Origin: the human T2T-CHM13v2.0 reference genome, Homo sapiens
Assembly: GCF_009914755.1 (NCBI RefSeq)
Contig: NC_060947.1
Direction: 5' to 3' (one strand)
DNA length: 64,000 nt
In this document: one piece after another, positions 14,888 to 28,706 of the stretch
Layout of the letters: the number at the start of each line of letters is the position of its first letter
How positions within the stretch are numbered: the first letter of the stretch is position 1
The notes under the pieces: generated by a model
Seen by the model: only the letters and a program-made list of their open reading frames with translations
The model's database searches: none
What the model was told of the DNA's origin: nothing
Program-made: the position numbers and the translations under genes

Positions 14888-16537
14888 CACGGACATATTA
14901 TATATTTTTCATTTTAATGTCTGTTGTTGATATGTTCATATGGTACATATTCACCTTAACATTTTTCCAGTGAGAAGTTGCCATAATACTAAGTAGTTTA
15001 GGTCCACAAGATTAAGTCAATATTAAATATTTGGCTATTAAAATGGTTATTCTATACTCTGCTCTTATGTCTACTGTATAAATCTGTTAGAATATTTATG
15101 AGGACCTTTATGATGACCATATATGCTATACATAACAGAAGAGCACTATCTCAAATATTCTGTCCTCCTATAAAACCACTGAAATGTCCTAAAAAGGCTA
15201 ATTTTTTTATGTGCAGGCTATTATCTCATACACCTTAGGGCAGTACAATATATTGTAACAGATAAAAACTTGTACATTATTTTATGAATTTTATTAAAAT
15301 ATAGATTAAATCACATTCTCCGGATACATACATAATTTCTTAGTCAAATCTCTTATCATAAAAAGCTTATAAAACAGATGTTCTGCCTGTTCTTCAATAT
15401 CAGTATAGTATTTTCTATATTTCTATTTTCATTATTAAAGTTATTTTTATAGTAGCTACTTTAAAATAAAGACTGATTTACATTAAAATACAAGTGGCTT
15501 ATTGTTAATATATCTGATGTGCAATATTTCCCTGAAAAAGCTAGTATTTGATATAAAAATAAAATCATAAAATATATAGAAGATAGGAATTCTTCTCAAA
15601 TTATTTTACTCTGCTTCTCCTTTGATTGACACATCAATTTTTTCAAATCTGAAGAGTTTTAGGTATTTTGATTTTCATTGAATATGTAATTACATGTCAG
15701 TATTATCCATAACATATAAGAACAGCTACTGACTTGACAAAGAAAGCTTATAAAGAACTTATATGGCCAATGCCATCTCTTGATTCATTTTTCCCCAACT
15801 TCACTTTCACTGCTATGGAAATTGCTACTGTCAAAGCTCTCATCCCCATGGTTAGAATGAATGTTACAGCTTCCCAAATGTGAAATCTGTACCACAGCCT
15901 CCCCTTTCCTGACTCTTCTCCCTAAGAGCATCACCTTTCCTGATTCTTCACCCTAATATTTAGATATAAATATTATTTTCCAAGAAAAATCCCCACGGCT
16001 TACAAAAACCCCTGTGTGGCTATTTTCTCCGGGAGTTAGAAGATCCTAAAGACAATCGAGGATAGCACTGCCCTTATATGTTATTTATAATGCTAATCTA
16101 TATAAATTACCTAATGTTCAGTACAATTTAACATACCTGATGAATCTATCCTAGCTTTGTTATTAAGTGAATGCTGGGTCTTGAATAAGTCATTGAAGTA
16201 CCTCGAGCCAGTTTCATCATTTAGAATACATAATATATTGAAGCTGTGGCTATCTTTTCCCTACCTCCCAACTCTAAAATGATATGATTCTGAAATTAGT
16301 ATATAACCCAACAGAATAGAATAGCCTGATTATTACATTCTGGTTGGTTTTAGATGCTAGTTACCAGTGTAAATATTTATATTAGGGGCTATGAGAATTC
16401 CCTGATTTAAAGAACTTTAAAACTGAAAAGGGCAAGGTAACAGCTTTTATCTGCCTACCATAACATTCATATGGCATCATATAGATTCAACTAAAGGAAA
16501 AGAATGAAAGGCAAATGGTGAAGTTTTTAAGGAATAC

Positions 16538-16699
16538 CTCAGGTGCAACAAAGTTTGCAGTGTAGCATGGAGTTAAGAGAAGTCCATTTTCTCCTCGAAG
16601 TTGTTTTGCAAACCCAAAATCACATATCCTGATTGAATCTGCACTGGCTGATTCATCCATGTATAAAATATTACTAGGTTTAAGATCACGATGAACAAC
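16538..16699 (-). CDS. RPS6KA6: RSK4 exon 18 (162 nt): [55 protein letters not shown]-terminal kinase catalytic and activation loops (ERK site LLTP)
   Basis: Acceptor attcaag|GTT, donor GAG|gtattc; lies inside ORF 16487..16723. Confidence 0.97.
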
Positions 16700-16720
16700 C
16701 TTGAATATAAAGGAAAAAAG

Positions 16721-16797
16721 CATTATATCTATATAATTAACTAAATATCTGAGAAATAAAACATTATATCTATATAATTAACTAAATATCTGAGAAA
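16721..16797. repeat. Local direct duplication, 36 bp x2, period 41
   Basis: cattatatctatataattaactaaatatctgagaaa at 16721-16756 and 16762-16797. Confidence 0.95.
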
Positions 16798-17089
16798 AAG
16801 AAACTTTCCAAATTACAAAATTTTGAAAATGACATTTTGCTCAAGCTTAATAGCCTAAAATATACACAGGAAATTATGTCTGTCAGATAGATGTTCCAGT
16901 TTCTATTGTCTCAAAAGCCACTAGTTTTGTTAACCATTTCTAATCTCAATATATCTAAGCTCAATTCTCAGATCCACTTTTGGACATGCCATAATTTATA
17001 TCACTTAGCATTATACATAACATATAAGAACAGTTCCTGACTTACAAACTAAACTAAGTTTAGACTTAGTCCATAATGGACTAAGACCC

Positions 17090-17905
17090 TACTCAACACC
17101 CCCCTCCTTGAAGTAAACAACCATAAAACCTGGATATAATACAAAAATCAACTATCTGAAGGCACTGGAGAATGAACAGAAGCAGATATACTCTGATGAG
17201 GAGTACACACTTTGTTGAAGGAGGGAACACAGGAAACCATACAAGGAGGTTTCCATATCTGTGGCTTTTAGCCTGGGTTTAAGTGCAATCCCTATGGTAC
17301 ACAGTGGTGGTAAAGACATGTGGAAAAACCCTCAGACCTTCTGGCTTAGAGGACCAGAAAGGAGATGCTGGAAAACTCTGAATGCTGAGTGGAGGAATAT
17401 TATAAAGGAAAGAGCCAGAACTGATCCTTGTATCAAAAATGTGTGGAACAGGATCAAAATAATTTGTATAAAGACAAATAATATGAACAAAAACCAGAGC
17501 TGCTGGCCCCAAAACTAGTTTTCAGTTCAAGCCCAGCCAAGAAAATTACCCACTTAAACAAATGAAACAATAATAACTATTGGAGAAAAATAATGAAATA
17601 TGAAATTCTCTATAACTGATTATTATAATGCTTAGGATACAATCCCAAATTATCTGTTATACAAAGAACCAAGAAAATAGAACACAGTCTTAAGAAAATC
17701 AATAAATTCTGATTCCAAGATGAACCATGCTAAAACAGATAAGGATTTTAAAGTGACTATCATAATGATCCTCAACAAAGTAAAACAAAACATGCTTTCA
17801 ATGCATTAAACTCTCAGCAAAAAAAGGGAAGTCTCAGCAGAAAAATAGAAACAATAAAGAAGAAACAAATAAAATGTAGGACTGGTAAAAAAAAATGCTG
17901 AAATT
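17090..17905 (+). mobile_element. Ancient L1M 5'/ORF1-region fragment
   Basis: A-rich degenerate L1M-like text (caactatctgaaggcactggag, aaggattttaaagtgactat, tctcagcagaaaaatagaaac). Confidence 0.55.
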
Positions 17906-17974
17906 CCCCCATGTGATAAGTTCCCTACTAGTACTCTCTATTTCATGTAAGTTATCCTTATCTTTAATCAGAGT

Positions 17975-18095
17975 TTACTATGCTAAAGCTCTTTAAGGAC
18001 AAGGACCAGGTCTCACTCATGTTTGAATCCACAACACTTTTTACAATGCCTGGCCTGTAGAAATGCTCAATATGTGTCTTATTAATTTAGTTAAT
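17975..18095 (+). mobile_element. L2 3' end fragment
   Basis: aagctctttaaggacaaggacc ... acaatgcctggc ... gctcaata. Confidence 0.6.
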
Positions 18096-18999
18096 TGAAG
18101 TAAGAACCTGAAGGTTCATACAATAATAAAGAAGAGACGCCTATGATGCTTTTCTCAAAAATTCTCTTCATGCTTTATTTTAGAGAGGGTTGGTAAAGAC
18201 AATCAAATAATTAAATTATAAAAAGCTACTGTTTAGCATTATATATTAAAAAATACTGAAAACACACTTTATTAAACCACACACAAAATTGAGTACTATT
18301 TTTACTAATTATAAGAGGGGCTCATGCAGAGTTTTCATTATGTCAATTCTAAATTGCCATTTTAAATTTCTTTATTAAGTTGGTACATATCTACTATTAC
18401 AACTGATTCAAACTTAAATTTTTAAATTACTCCCTACTTTGTTTTTTTATACAGTTATATATATTAAAAGTTCCCTTTTTTTGTAACTCAGTTCATTTGC
18501 CTTCTTTATGAAAGGACAGGAAGCAAAATAACAAGCCTGCCCCTTCACCACAAAATTTAATATAGTAATACTTGAAATGTTTAGAATACACATTTCTTAC
18601 TGTATTTAGGGAAGGAGCTGGCAAGGTTCAAGATACATGTTAGGTAATCTGAACTTTATATGTTAGGTAACTTGAATAATAGTCACTGTATGTCTTTGGT
18701 TAATTCTTTTATGTTTGACTTTTAAGTCTAAGTTTCATAATTTCAAGGTCAAAGTTAGGTACATTTATATAATTCAAACCGCTTTTTAAATGAATATGCT
18801 ATTAAATCAGGGCCAATTGGCAGAGAGAAAATAATTATTTCCTAAATCCATAAACTTCACTACATTGTGAGTTCTATTAGGATATTCTCTATAGAAATAT
18901 ATGTGAATAAAAGCAACTTATTTTAGGTGGCATCATCTCCTATATTTTCATGAAGATATAGGTCCCAGAATAGAAAGAAAAAAGTTAACTACAACTTAC

Positions 19000-19158
19000 T
19001 CCTTGACAATGAAGATAGTCAACTGTCTTACTTATTACATATAGTATATCACTAGCCTCCCGTTCCGAGAAACATTTTTGTTTGAGAATACGGTCAAGTA
19101 ACTCTCCTCCTTTCATTAAATCCGTAACAAGGTAAACATATCTACCATCATCAAAGAC
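19000..19158 (-). CDS. RPS6KA6: RSK4 exon 17 (159 nt): [53 protein letters not shown]
   Basis: Acceptor tttgtag|GTC, donor GGA|gtaagt; phase 0 to 0. Confidence 0.96.
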
Positions 19159-20254
19159 CTACAAAAGAACGCAGTTTTAAAATGTTATTATTTATAATTA
19201 CAATTCTATAATTCTTAAATTAGATTTTAATTATATTTACCTTTCTACTAGACTTCCCTCTAGTATTAGAAACAAAAAAGACATTATTCCTTTACTCTTA
19301 ATGCAGTACAGGCTGTACTAAAGGTTGAATTGGCTAAACAGTCACCTACACAGTCCCATGAAACCATGTTAAACATATAATTTTATTGCCTTTTGAAGTT
19401 ATAGGTTGCAGTTCATCAAAGAAAGAAATTAAAAAATAGAACTCTGTGCCTCTCAAATGACCTCTATCTCAATTTTTTTACTGTATTATAGCTACTTCTC
19501 TTCCCCAAACGTAAGCTTCTTTCTGAAAGTAAATACATTATTTATTTTTTATACCCTTCCCTCAGTTCATTATCTGATTTGGTATCTTAAATACTGGTTG
19601 AATTCCAATAGTATACCAAGGAAAACAAATAAGAAAAGTATTTATACACTTTTCACTCAGGGCATGTATGATAAACACACACACACACACACCACAGTAG
19701 TTTAAAGATTACAAATCAAAGTGCATATCATTTTCTGACACAAATTGATCAAGGTGATAGTTGACTTTTCTGTCTTGTATAAAGAGAAAAGAACATTATC
19801 TCCTTATGTGAAAAGTGAGCATTCAGTAACATATTAATGAGTTATACATTCATTTTACAAAACTATAGACTAAGACTATTTCACTCCAGAAACAATCCAT
19901 AATGCTATAGCCAATTACTATACAATCAAGAAAGTAAAATATTCAAGAATTTGGCAGATCCCCAGTCTCCTGTATCTTCTGTATTGATAGCACTACAGAA
20001 TAATAATTGGTGTTAGCTACAATGTTAACTAGTTAACCAGCCAGAATATATTCATGTAATGAGGAAATTCTCATTTACCAATCATCATAGTTATTTTTGA
20101 TATTCTATAAGACTAGAAGTATAGAATCATGGGAAAAAAAAGAATTAAAGTGGCAATTTAAGAGTCCTGAGATTTTTGAGGCATGAAAATAAATATGCTA
20201 AAGACATTAAAAGTTTCAATAAGAAAAATAAAGTTCCAATTCATAACTTCATTA

Positions 20255-20377
<123 letters not shown>

Positions 20378-20865
20378 CTAAGAAATACGAAAAAAGAAAA
20401 ATATCTGAGGCAAACAAATTATTTTGTCTAAAATGAGTATTTTCCATTTGGTTATATTTTTGAAGAAATGCTTAAAAACTCAAGAACAATACTTACCTCA
20501 TATTATTTTAACATTTAAAAACATAAGTAAAAAACTTAACAGAAAAAAATAAAATTTTAACATTATATCCTATTTCACTGAAATTGTACCAATGATGACG
20601 TGATTGTAATTATCACAACTGCTCAATCTTAACATAATACATGTATAACAAAATTATTCAAATGCAAAAATTCATGAAATACACTGTTCCTACATAACAA
20701 AGGCTTGAAAAGAAATTCAAAAATGAAAATATTAAGTCTCAGAGTTCTTTCTCATCATCTTATCTTTCCTATCTTCATTTACTCCACTGAAAATGTTTGT
20801 CAGTTGACTCATAATTTAAATTACATGCATAAAACAAACAAGAAAGCTAGGCTCAGAGACAATAC

Positions 20866-20988
20866 CTTCACTGCAAATTCCATGTTGGTAGTTGCATGTA
20901 TGCATCGCTTGCAAACAGAGTAGGAGCCAACACCAATATCCTCCTTCAATTCATATACTTCACCAAATTGTGCAGCATTTCCATTTAT
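20866..20988 (-). CDS. RPS6KA6: RSK4 exon 15 (123 nt): [41 protein letters not shown], start of C-terminal kinase domain
   Basis: Acceptor aataaacag|ATA, donor AAG|gtattg; Gly-rich loop GVGSYS and FAVK. Confidence 0.95.
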
Positions 20989-21410
20989 CTGTTTATTTTT
21001 AAAAAGTAAAATACTAAGGAGAATGAAATATTTTCACATTTTCTGTCTTTTGTCCTAAATATACATTCATCTTAAGCCTTAAACTAGAATAATTCATTCT
21101 ACAGAAGTTTTATCGACATTTATAAATGGCGTGAACCAATCCTTTCTTGATACCCACAGGCAACATAATAAAGCAACTAGCTTATACATCACCCTTCTAT
21201 TTTATTCAAAAGAGGCCACATAAATATAATTAAAAGTTACCACTGTCTGCTCTTTTCCAAAACACACAGGGACATATTTAATTCATGATTTATACCAATA
21301 GATAAACAAAGAAGTTAAAAATCACTTTAAAAAAAACGATTAAAAATACATCAGCAATAACAGAGAAATAATTATCCCAAAACTGAATAATGTGATTAAG
21401 TGGAATTTAC

Positions 21411-21541
21411 CTGAACAATTGGTAATACATTTGCACTTGTGATAGGAGTGATTTTATATTCTTCTGCAATAGAAGTTGCAACAAAGCTGAATCCTTTGAA
21501 GAGCTGATGAGCATTTGCACTGGCTGGCAAACCGGGAGAAT
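21411..21541 (-). CDS. RPS6KA6: RSK4 exon 14 (131 nt): (D)[43 protein letters not shown], turn motif and hydrophobic motif FKGFSF
   Basis: Acceptor cattag|AT, donor CAG|gtaaat; phase 1 to 0. Confidence 0.96.
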
Positions 21542-22123
21542 CTAATGTCCAAATAATTACATTTAATTATAACTACACACAGAATTCTATGATATAAAGT
21601 GTCAGAATTTCTTTAACTATAAAGGAAACCATTAAATGCTACTAACATATTATATATTTGATTTATTATATATTATCTGTCTCCTCCCATCTGTATACAT
21701 GCTCCATTTTAGTCAGTATTTTTTGTCTGTTCTTTTCACCACTGCATCCTCATTGCTTAGTACATAGTAGGTATTCAATATTTCTTGAGTGTATGTATGA
21801 AACTGTAAAAGACAGAGTAATATATCTCACGTCTTACCTCCTACCCCATCCTGTAAATCATTAGCATGCCAAAGGACTTATAAAACAAAGAAATAAACTT
21901 GCCACCCTTTGACCAAGTTCCTTCCTTCCTGATAAATATTTCCCATTTAAAACATCTACTTGACAGCTGCCCAAGCAATGTTTTGTATAGGATCCATATT
22001 TCCCATGGACAAATCAACTCTCTGCAAATTTACCATTCTTTTAGTTTTTACTTCACAAGAAAGTTTATTTTTAAACTATCTACTTAAATAAAATCTCTGA
22101 TTTTACAGATAAACATGCATTAC

Positions 22124-22226
22124 CTTTAGGTGTTTTTGCAGTAAATTCAGGATCAAAACAAAAAGTATCATCTGGTTTTCCAGAAGCAGGTTTGAAAGGA
22201 GGTTGAACTTCTCTTTTATATAATTT
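22124..22226 (-). CDS. RPS6KA6: RSK4 exon 13 (103 nt): [34 protein letters not shown](D), AGC C-terminal tail
   Basis: Acceptor ttctag|AAA, donor AAAG|gtaatg; PPFKP and FDPEF motifs. Confidence 0.96.
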
Positions 22227-23784
22227 CTAGAAGGGACAACCAGATAACACAAAACGTATTAAGACTTTAAAAATTATTATACTTTGTAAAACAAAGCAGA
22301 ACATAATATTCACAGTCCATAATAGAAGACTAACAATTTCATAGTTTCAGATAACTGTTAACCAAATTCTAAAATTTTGAGAGATAATGTTCAAGATGTA
22401 ATGAGGCCAAGAAACATAGCAATGATGCCACAAGCTGAATTCACAAGGAATGCTCAATTTTGGATATCAGAAGTTTTTGAATGCTCATTGATAATATAAC
22501 CATGCAAATACAGCACAGTAATAACTAAAATGCTCAAGGCTTTCAAAATCAATAATTATTTTTAAAAAGTGCATATTTCATCTAAAATATTGTTTTCACA
22601 TAAAAAATATACGTTAAATGTACTGTTTAGGCTTGTATCAGATAATTGAAAATTTAGTCGTCTAACAATCTATCTTGCTAAAATCTATGCTTTTGAAAGG
22701 CATAGAAAATTTCTAATAATATATAAAAGCCACTTCTTTTGAAATCTATTTTTTAAAAAGCTTACAGTCCCACAGTGGGGAAAAATAAATAGGGAATTAC
22801 TTTTGAGTAATTTTTATGTATTTAAATATGTAAACATGACTTTTAGTTCATTATGGCTTACTAGAAACAGCTAGTGGGCTAGTGGATGCCTCTCTCATGG
22901 TGAGGAATCAAAATAGCAATAAATATTGACACTTCAAGTAGATTTTCTAAGAGGCCACACTAGAATTCATCAGAGAAGTGATGGAATTGGGAATCACAGA
23001 AAGAAGAGAACAAAGCCATGCCGTCAGGTGAACTGAGACTGGTGTGGAGCCAGGAGATCTTCGATGCAGGGAAGGGAAGATTGAGTGAGAGACCCCCAGG
23101 ATTCCACAATTCTGCCACAGACTTTCAATGCTAACCATAGGTAAACCCCCTTGAATCCCCTAGGCCTCCAGTTTAATACACGGAGCTGCCTGGAATCTGT
23201 GCAGAGGTACTGCTCAAGCCCATGTGGAATCCCATGGACTTTTGATCCCTGAGCAGCCTGGCGCCGGCTGCTGCCACCTCACTAGGCAGGGAGCAGGGAG
23301 GCTGGTACTTGTGCACACCTCAAAGACAGATACTGCAGCTGCAGTACAGAGGAGTGAGCAGAATGCACGCTGCAAAGACTGCCGGTCTCAGCTGTTCCCT
23401 TCTAAATGAGGCCTCCCTTCTTCAGTGTTGGGTCTACAGCACAGCTGCCCTGCCCTTACATGTATATACTGGCCACAGCCTGGTGTTCTTCTTAGAGCCC
23501 AGCCCCCAGAGGCTCGTGACCCGCTCTTCAGCTCCCTCAATAGCTGCGCCCAACACCACCATCACACTTGCCACTCCTGGGCCAAGGAGACAGTGGGGAA
23601 ACTGGGCACCTTTGTGTGCCCACCAAAGTGAAATCCACTGCTGCTCCTTCAGGAGGGAAGTGCAGGTGGGCCAAGCACCCCATAGCTGCCAACCTTCATT
23701 GCTTCAGCTGAAGGGGTCTGCCTTCCCCAGTGAAAGGCCAGCAGCCCAGCGGCCCTGCTCCCAACTATTTCACCTGTTACCTGG

Positions 23785-24185
23785 AGGCCTTCTGAGAGCC
23801 TAGCCCCCCATAGGCCTGTGATGGGCCTTGGGACTTCGACCACATAAGCATTCTGCAGGCCATTCTGAGAGCCCAGACCCCAAAGCATGTGATCAGCCAT
23901 GGGAATCCCACCACCAGAGCGTTCTGTGATAATCTGAGAATCCTGTGGGCCCTTTTAAGAGACCAGCTCCCACAGGCCTGTGATCAGCCATAGGGACCCA
24001 ATCACCTGAGTGTTTTGCTATATTCTGAGCATTCTGTGGGCGCTCCCGAGAGCCCAGCCCCACAGGTCTGCAATATGCATTGATGCACCAACTGCCTGAG
24101 CATTCTGCAACTGCCTAAGTGTTTTGTAGGCCCTTCTGAGATCCCAGCCTCCACAGGCACATGATGTACCCTAGGACTCCCACTT
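23785..24185. repeat. Degenerate ~90-bp tandem array (about 5 units) inside the L1 5' UTR
   Basis: Core like gagagcccagcccccacagg recurs at about 23794, 23867, 23957, 24048 and 24138. Confidence 0.8.
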
Positions 24186-25492
24186 CCAGAGTACTCTCCC
24201 TGCCTCTGCTTGAGAGTTCTGCCTGTGACTCCAAGAACCAGCCCATCACTCCCTATCATAGCCAGCAGCAGGAGTCTAGAGACTTAACAAGTCCACTGGC
24301 CTGGTCCTGGTCCACTTCTTACAGGACTCATACATGCTGTCTCCTGGGCATTCTGGGGGATAAGGAATTGGAAGTTTGCCTAGTCCTGTCTACCACTGCT
24401 AGTACATGACCATGCCTCAACCTGGGGTCTGAGCTCAGAGGGACCCAACCAGACGATACTGCCACAGCTAATACCCAACTGTGTGTGCTAAAAAGTGGAG
24501 CCCCTCTGTGATATCTACAGAAAGCAGAAGCATTACCCATTGGCAAACAGGTGAGTCACAAAGCTGTGTGTATTGGACTGATTCAGGAGGTTCCACCCAG
24601 AAACAACTCCCATAGACAAGTGTCTTCTGTGGCTATCAGCTATACTGCGGTCTGGAGATACACGGCAGTTGTGGATCTGAACTGAGAGCCATGAGCTCTG
24701 AGTCAGGGGTGTGATAGATAAATAGAACATATTGCTACCTGTCTAGGATGTGAAGCTAGTCTTCCTACTCTCTGCTGAGACCTTGGCACTGCTCACCAGG
24801 TACTCCCCCAACCATGCCTGTCAGGGCTGGCTCCCCAGTTCATCATTGGGGTATTTGTGTGCAAGCCAGACAATCAAGCTCTGCCTAGCTCCCTTTCCCC
24901 TCACCCCTCATGGGACAAAAAGGTCAGGGAACCTGGCATTCCACTGTCCAGCCCATCATCTGAAACAACATAGAGCACCACACAATAAACAAATATCAAG
25001 TGCATACCGATCTGCTTTTGCCACAGCTGGCTTGTACTGGTAAATGCCACCTACTGCCCTATAGATTGAACTGTAAAACCCAACATAAAAACCTGACTAA
25101 GAAGTGCACAGGCCTATAGAAACAAAGCCAAAAGACTTCTGGCTACTTCCCAACCTACTCTACAGTCACACCCCCCAAGAGGGGCGGCGGCAGGGGGTGA
25201 ACCACGTCCACATGAAAATAAATTCAAAAGTAATATGTGACAGCTTCTACAGATAAGAAGGAACCAACATAAGAACTTCAGGACTACGAAGAAAAAGAAT
25301 GTAATGACATCCCCAAAACGTCACAGTACCTACCTAGCAATGAATCTTAATCAAATGAAAACTTTGAAATGACAGATAAAACATTCAGAATATGGATTGT
25401 AAGGAAGCTCAATGAAATCCAAAATAAAGTCAAACACATACAAACAAACACAAAGAAATCAGAAAACAATTCAGGAGATAAAAGATAAATAA

Positions 25493-25512
25493 ATATATAT
25501 ATATATATATAT
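25493..25512. repeat. (TA)n microsatellite
   Basis: atatatatatatatatatat run. Confidence 0.85.
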
Positions 25513-28500
25513 TTAAATTCTGGAAGTGAAAAAAAGATGAAAGGAATTTCAAAACAGAATTGAAAACTTTAATAACATACTAGACCATGCATAAGAAATA
25601 ATTTTGAGCATGAGGGCTGGTCTTTTGAATTAAATCAGATAAAATTAAAGAATAAATAATTTTTAAAAAATGAACAAAGTCTTTGAGAAATATGGGATAA
25701 TGTAAAGTGACCAAACTTGCAACTTATAGGCAGAAAGAAAAAAGAAAAGAAGTTTGGAAAGCATAATTGAGGAACTAATTCAGGAAAATATCCCCAATCT
25801 TGTTAGAGACGTAGATATCCAGATATAAGCAATTCAGAGAACACCTAGAAGACACTACAGAATACAAACATGACCGAGGGATATAGTCGCCAGACTATCC
25901 AAGTTCAATGTGAAAGAATAAATCATAAAAGAAGCTAGAGAAAAGCATCAAATCACCAATAAAGGAAATCTCATCAGACTGACAGTGGACTTCTCAGCAG
26001 AAATTTTAACAAGCCAGAAGAGAATGGGGACCTAATTTTAGCTTCCTTTAAAAAGTGCCATCCAAGAATTTTATATCCAGCCAAAATAAGCTTCATAAAA
26101 TGAAGAAGACATAAAGTCATTAACCGAAAAGAAAACACGAGAGGAACTTATCACCATTAAACAGGCCCCATAAAAAATGCTCAAAGACGTTCTAAAGATG
26201 GAAACAAAAGTATGTCACTCACCATCATAAAGGCACACATAAGTAGAAAGCTCAAAGATCCTATAAAACAATCATACAATTGAGAATCCAAGGCAACTAG
26301 CTAGCAAATTATGACAGGATTAAAACCTCATATATCAATATAACCTTCAACATAAATGCCTAAATGTTCCATCCAAAATACGTAGACCAGCAAGTTGGGT
26401 AACAGACAAAAACCAACCATCTGCTGCCAAAAAGAGACCCACAGAATAGCTAAGCACATCTACAGACTTAAAGTAAAGGGGTGGAAAAAGATATAGCATG
26501 CAAATAAAAAACACAACAAAGCCGAAGTAGCCATTCTCATATCAGATAAAACAGACTTTAAACCAGCAACAGTAAGAAAAGGCAAAGAAAGGCATTATAT
26601 AATGATAAGGGCTCAATTAAACCAAAAGATTTAATTATCCTAAATATATATTCATCCAACACCAGAGCGCTCAGATTCAAAAACAACTACTAATAGACCT
26701 AAGAAAAGAGATTGATGGCAATACAATAATAGTGGGGGACTTCAATACCAAGTGACAACACTAGACAGGTCATCAAGGCAAATGTCAACAAAGAAACTCT
26801 GGACTTAAACTGGACTCTAGACCAAATGGATGTTTACAGAATATTCTAATCAACAACTACAGCATATACATTTTTCTCCACCGCCCATGTAACACTCTCC
26901 AAAACTGAACATATGCTTGACCATAAAGCAAATTTCAATACTTTCAAGAAAATCAAAATCACATCAAGTATCCTATTGGACCACAGTAGAATAAAATTAG
27001 AAATCAATACCAAGGGGAACTCTCAAAGCTACACAAGTACATGGAAATGAAACAAGTTGCTCATGAATGACTTTTGGGTGAACAACAAAATCAAGGCAGG
27101 AATAAAAAAATTGAAATGAATGAAAATAGAGACAGAACATAACAAAACGTCTGAGACACAGCTAAAGCAGTGCTAAGAGGAAAGTTTTTAGTGTTAAATG
27201 CCTAAATCAAAAACACAGAAAGATCTCAAATCAATGACCTATTGTCAAACTACACGAAAGTAGAATAACAAGAAAAACCAAACCCAAAGCTAGCAGAAGA
27301 CAAAAAATAACTAAGTCTCATTTCGCTGAATAAAATGAGATTGCGACCAAAAAAAGGATCAACAAAATGAGAAGCTGGTTCTTTGAAATAATAAACAAAG
27401 TTGATAGACCTCTAGATGGTTTAACCAAGAAGAAAAGAGAGAAGATTCTAACAAGTACAATCAGAAATTGAAAAGGGCACACATTGCAATGAATACCACG
27501 GAAATATATATAAAATATGATCAGTGATTACTATGAACATGTATATACACACAAACTAGAAAAGCTAGATGATGGATAAATTCCTGGAAACATACAGTCT
27601 CCCAAGATTGAACCAGGATGAAACAGAAAACACAAACAGACCAAAGGAACAGTGAAACTGAGCCAGTAATAAAAAAATGTTCCATCAAAAAAAGCCAGGA
27701 CCACACAGGTCTAGAAACAAGTTTTTCCAGACATGCAAAGAAGAGCTGGTGCCAATCTTACTAAAACTGTTCCCAAAAATTGAGGAGTTGGGAATCCTTC
27801 CTAATTAATTCTACAAAACCGGTATCATCCTGAGAGCAAAATCAGGTAAGGACACAACCAAAAAAGAAAACTGCCAGCCAATATCCCTGATGAATATAGA
27901 TGCAAAAATCCTCAACGAAATACTAGCAAACCAAATCCAACAGCACATGCAAAAAATAGTTAATCATGATCAAGTGGATTTTATTCTAGGGATGAAAGGA
28001 TGGATCAACATTTACTAATCAATAAATGTAAATCACCACATAAACAAAATTATAAACACAAATCATGTGATCATCTCAATAGATGCGGAAAAAGCATTCG
28101 AGACAATTCAACATCACTTGATGATAAAAACCCTCCATATAATAGGCATAGAAGGAACATACTCCAACATCATACCAAATGCAGGAAAGTTGAAAGCATT
28201 CCTTTCAAGAACTGAAACAGGTCAAGGATGTCCACTTTTACCATTCCTAGTCAACACAGTACTGGAAAGTCCTAGCCAGAGCAATCAAGCAAGAAAAAGA
28301 AATAAAATACATCCAAATTGGAAAAGAGGAAGTCAAAGTACCTCTATTGATTGATGATATAATATGATACTGAGAAAACAGAAAAGACTCCTCCAACAGA
28401 CTCCTAGACTTGATAAACAAATTCAGTAATGTTTAAAAAAATAAAATCAACATACAAAAATCAGTAGCTTTTCTATACAACAGTGATGTTCTAACTGAAA

Positions 28501-28706
28501 ACCAAATGAAAGTTCTAATTAACAATCTCATTAACAACAGCCGCAAAAAGTAAAATACCTACAAATACATTTAACCAAGAATGTGAAAGAGTTCTACAAG
28601 GAGAACTATAAAACACAGATGAAAGAAACTAGATCAAATGGACAAATGGAGAAACATCTCATGCTCATGAATTGAAAGAATCAATATCATTAAAATGACC
28701 ATACCA

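Noticed and set aside
16487-16723. Stand-alone 78-aa kinase ORF (also 10688..10894 and 30721..30978)
   Set aside because: They are RPS6KA6 exons 18, 20 and 12 extended into flanking intron by the ORF caller.
23309-23803. 164-aa ORF, the longest in the track
   Set aside because: It lies in the GC-richer L1 5' UTR, starts at GTG, has no recognisable domain, and is the size expected by chance.
23785-24185. CRISPR-like repeat-spacer array
   Set aside because: Units are degenerate and homologous along their whole length, lie inside an L1 5' UTR in a mammalian intron, and no cas genes are present.
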